Below, one piece after another: positions 62,259 through 64,000 of a DNA stretch of 64,000 nt. Source of the stretch: Candidatus Bathyarchaeota archaeon (lineage in GTDB: Archaea; Thermoproteota; Bathyarchaeia; Bathyarchaeales; Bathycorpusculaceae). The notes below the pieces were generated by a model that was not told the origin of the DNA, did no database searches, and saw only the letters and a program-made list of their open reading frames with translations. The DNA is taken from NCBI GenBank assembly GCA_963772455.1, contig CAVYXJ010000009.1, positions 96,001 through 160,000 of the forward strand, in the 5' to 3' direction. A program made the position numbers and the translations under genes. Positions within the stretch are counted from its first letter, which is position 1. Every line of letters begins with the position of its first letter.

Positions 62259-64000
62259 TTGTTAGCTCCAAACAATCGCGATTCTGACACAAACAACGCC
62301 TTAACCCAAAAAAAACTTTTAGACAATCCGAGTTATTTTCTTAACAGGGAACTTAGCTGGATAAGATTTAACGGGCGCGTTCTTGAGGAAGCACGTGACA
62401 TTTGGCATCCTCTCCTCGAGAGAGTTAAATTCATCGCCATATGTGGCAGCAACCTCGACGAGTTTTTCATGACGCGTGTTGCTCGACTTATAAAAAAAGT
62501 CAATGCAGGCTCTCAAGAAAAATCCATGAATGGAATGAGCTTCATGGAGCAAATTGATGCCACACGCAAAGAAATTCTTCCATTAATTGAAAATCATGCA
62601 AAGTGCTGGAAAGATGAACTCGTACCTGCCTTAGCTAAAGAACAAATCTACGTTAGAAATTTTAAAGATTTATCAGAAAAAAACAAGACCGACTTGAGAG
62701 AGTTCTTCACAGCGGCAATTGCTCCATCGATTAAAGTCCCCAAATTGGGTTTTGATAGTGGATCAATTGAGAATCTGCATGTAACACTTTACGTATCAGG
62801 CTTCCAAAATCAACCGGATTTATGCATCTTGCTTGATGTTCCGTCCGAAAAATTTGGTAGACTTATCAGTATCCCAAAAGAAGAGCAAGCAGAAATAGGT
62901 AAAGATGCAGAAACTGGAGAAGTCTACTTTATTTTGTTGGAAGATTTAATCATCAATAATTTGGATATAATTTTTCCTTCGGAAAAAAACCTCACGGCAT
63001 ATTCATTCAGATTGACACGCAACGGAGAAATAGATATCCTAATGGACGAATCTGCGGATTTCATTAAATCCGTACAAAAAAGTCTCTCAACACGAAAAGC
63101 CGGATTTCCCACAAGACTTGAATTTGACAAGAAAACACCCTACTCCATAAAACAAGCAATAACCAAAAAAGTGGGCTTGCCTGATTACTTAACATACGAG
63201 TTTGATGGACCACTGGGACTAGTTGACCTATGGCAATTGCTAAAAATAAACCGCTCCGACCTCAAAGACAAAAGCTTTTTCCCATGCATCTCGCCGCTGG
63301 TTATTTCTGATAAAAACATTTTTGAAACCATCTCTAAACAAGACTTCGTCCTCTACCACCCATACGATGGCTTTGATGTAATAATTGACCTATTAAGGGA
63401 AGCATCTATAGAGAGTTATGTTTCAGAAATTTGCATAACAATGTATAGAATGGACCATAAATCACCGATTGTTGATGCATTGATTGAAGCAGTCCGCAAT
63501 GGCAAAAAAGTCACTGCCATAGTTGAATTAAAGGCCAAATTTGACGAAGAAAACAACATCCTTCTAGTTGCAAAACTGCGAAGCGGGGGCGTAAACACTG
63601 TTTACAACTTCCCAAATTTTAAGGTACATGCAAAACTATGTCTAATCACCAGAAGAGAAAATAAAGATGTAACCCGGTATTCGCACATTGGGTCAGGTAA
63701 CTATAATGCGGTTACAGCGAAAATTTACGGCGACATCGGTTACCTTACCGCAAACCCCGAAATAGGGTTAGAACTTGAAGACCTATTCCACGCAATAATT
63801 AACGGGGTTCAAGAAAAAGAAACCAAACATCTGCTTGTGGCTCCGAAAACTTTGAAGCGAGAAATTCTCAGGCGAATAGATAGGGAAATAAGTGTTCACC
63901 AGAAAACGGGCAGGGGCTACTTAGCCTTTAAGCTCAACAACCTTGAGGAAAAAGAAATTATTCAAGCACTATACAAGGCGTCGATAGCGGGAATCAAGAT
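62259..64000 (+). CDS. ppk1: Polyphosphate kinase 1 (3' partial)
   Basis: Manually translated from TTG 62259: FLNRELSW, SNLDEFFM.RVA, LYHPYD, MYR, ELKAKFDEENN, KVHAKL, GSGNYN. Confidence 0.93.
   Translation, partial: MLAPNNRDSDTNNALTQKKLLDNPSYFLNRELSWIRFNGRVLEEARDIWHPLLERVKFIAICGSNLDEFFMTRVARLIKKVNAGSQEKSMNGMSFMEQIDATRKEILPLIENHAKCWKDELVPALAKEQIYVRNFKDLSEKNKTDLREFFTAAIAPSIKVPKLGFDSGSIENLHVTLYVSGFQNQPDLCILLDVPSEKFGRLISIPKEEQAEIGKDAETGEVYFILLEDLIINNLDIIFPSEKNLTAYSFRLTRNGEIDILMDESADFIKSVQKSLSTRKAGFPTRLEFDKKTPYSIKQAITKKVGLPDYLTYEFDGPLGLVDLWQLLKINRSDLKDKSFFPCISPLVISDKNIFETISKQDFVLYHPYDGFDVIIDLLREASIESYVSEICITMYRMDHKSPIVDALIEAVRNGKKVTAIVELKAKFDEENNILLVAKLRSGGVNTVYNFPNFKVHAKLCLITRRENKDVTRYSHIGSGNYNAVTAKIYGDIGYLTANPEIGLELEDLFHAIINGVQEKETKHLLVAPKTLKREILRRIDREISVHQKTGRGYLAFKLNNLEEKEIIQALYKASIAGIK

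Overview
Archaeal chromosomal segment. Gene content (RadA, CdvA-like protein, MptN-like ligase, pantoate kinase, many TTG starts) most resembles Bathyarchaeia; that assignment is an inference. It is mostly housekeeping: HMG-CoA synthase, pncB, radA, Rqc2/NFACT, UDG, metG, valS, nadX, Dpo4, CoA genes, a MetE-like protein, HtrA, ppk1 and one tRNA-Lys(UUU). Eight or more genes, including metG, carry single-base indels that are probably assembly errors. Main points of interest: (1) a four-gene locus at 44.4-52.0 kb with a tubulin/FtsZ-superfamily GTPase fused to a long coiled coil, a second degenerate tubulin-fold protein, a polytopic membrane plus coiled-coil protein and a membrane-anchored surface protein; (2) a ~2.8 kb element at tRNA-Lys, bounded by a degenerate att-like repeat, carrying an intact terminase but no other recognisable viral genes; (3) a DUF35-HMGCS fusion paired with a thiolase lacking its catalytic residues; (4) a CysRS paralog with a remodelled amino-acid pocket and no anticodon domain; (5) a TPP riboswitch over thiT and a PurM-fold enzyme; (6) a CdvA-like protein with four near-identical 160-aa acidic repeats; (7) an RHH-CblS-like fusion. 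All family calls come from motif recognition by eye; no searches were run.
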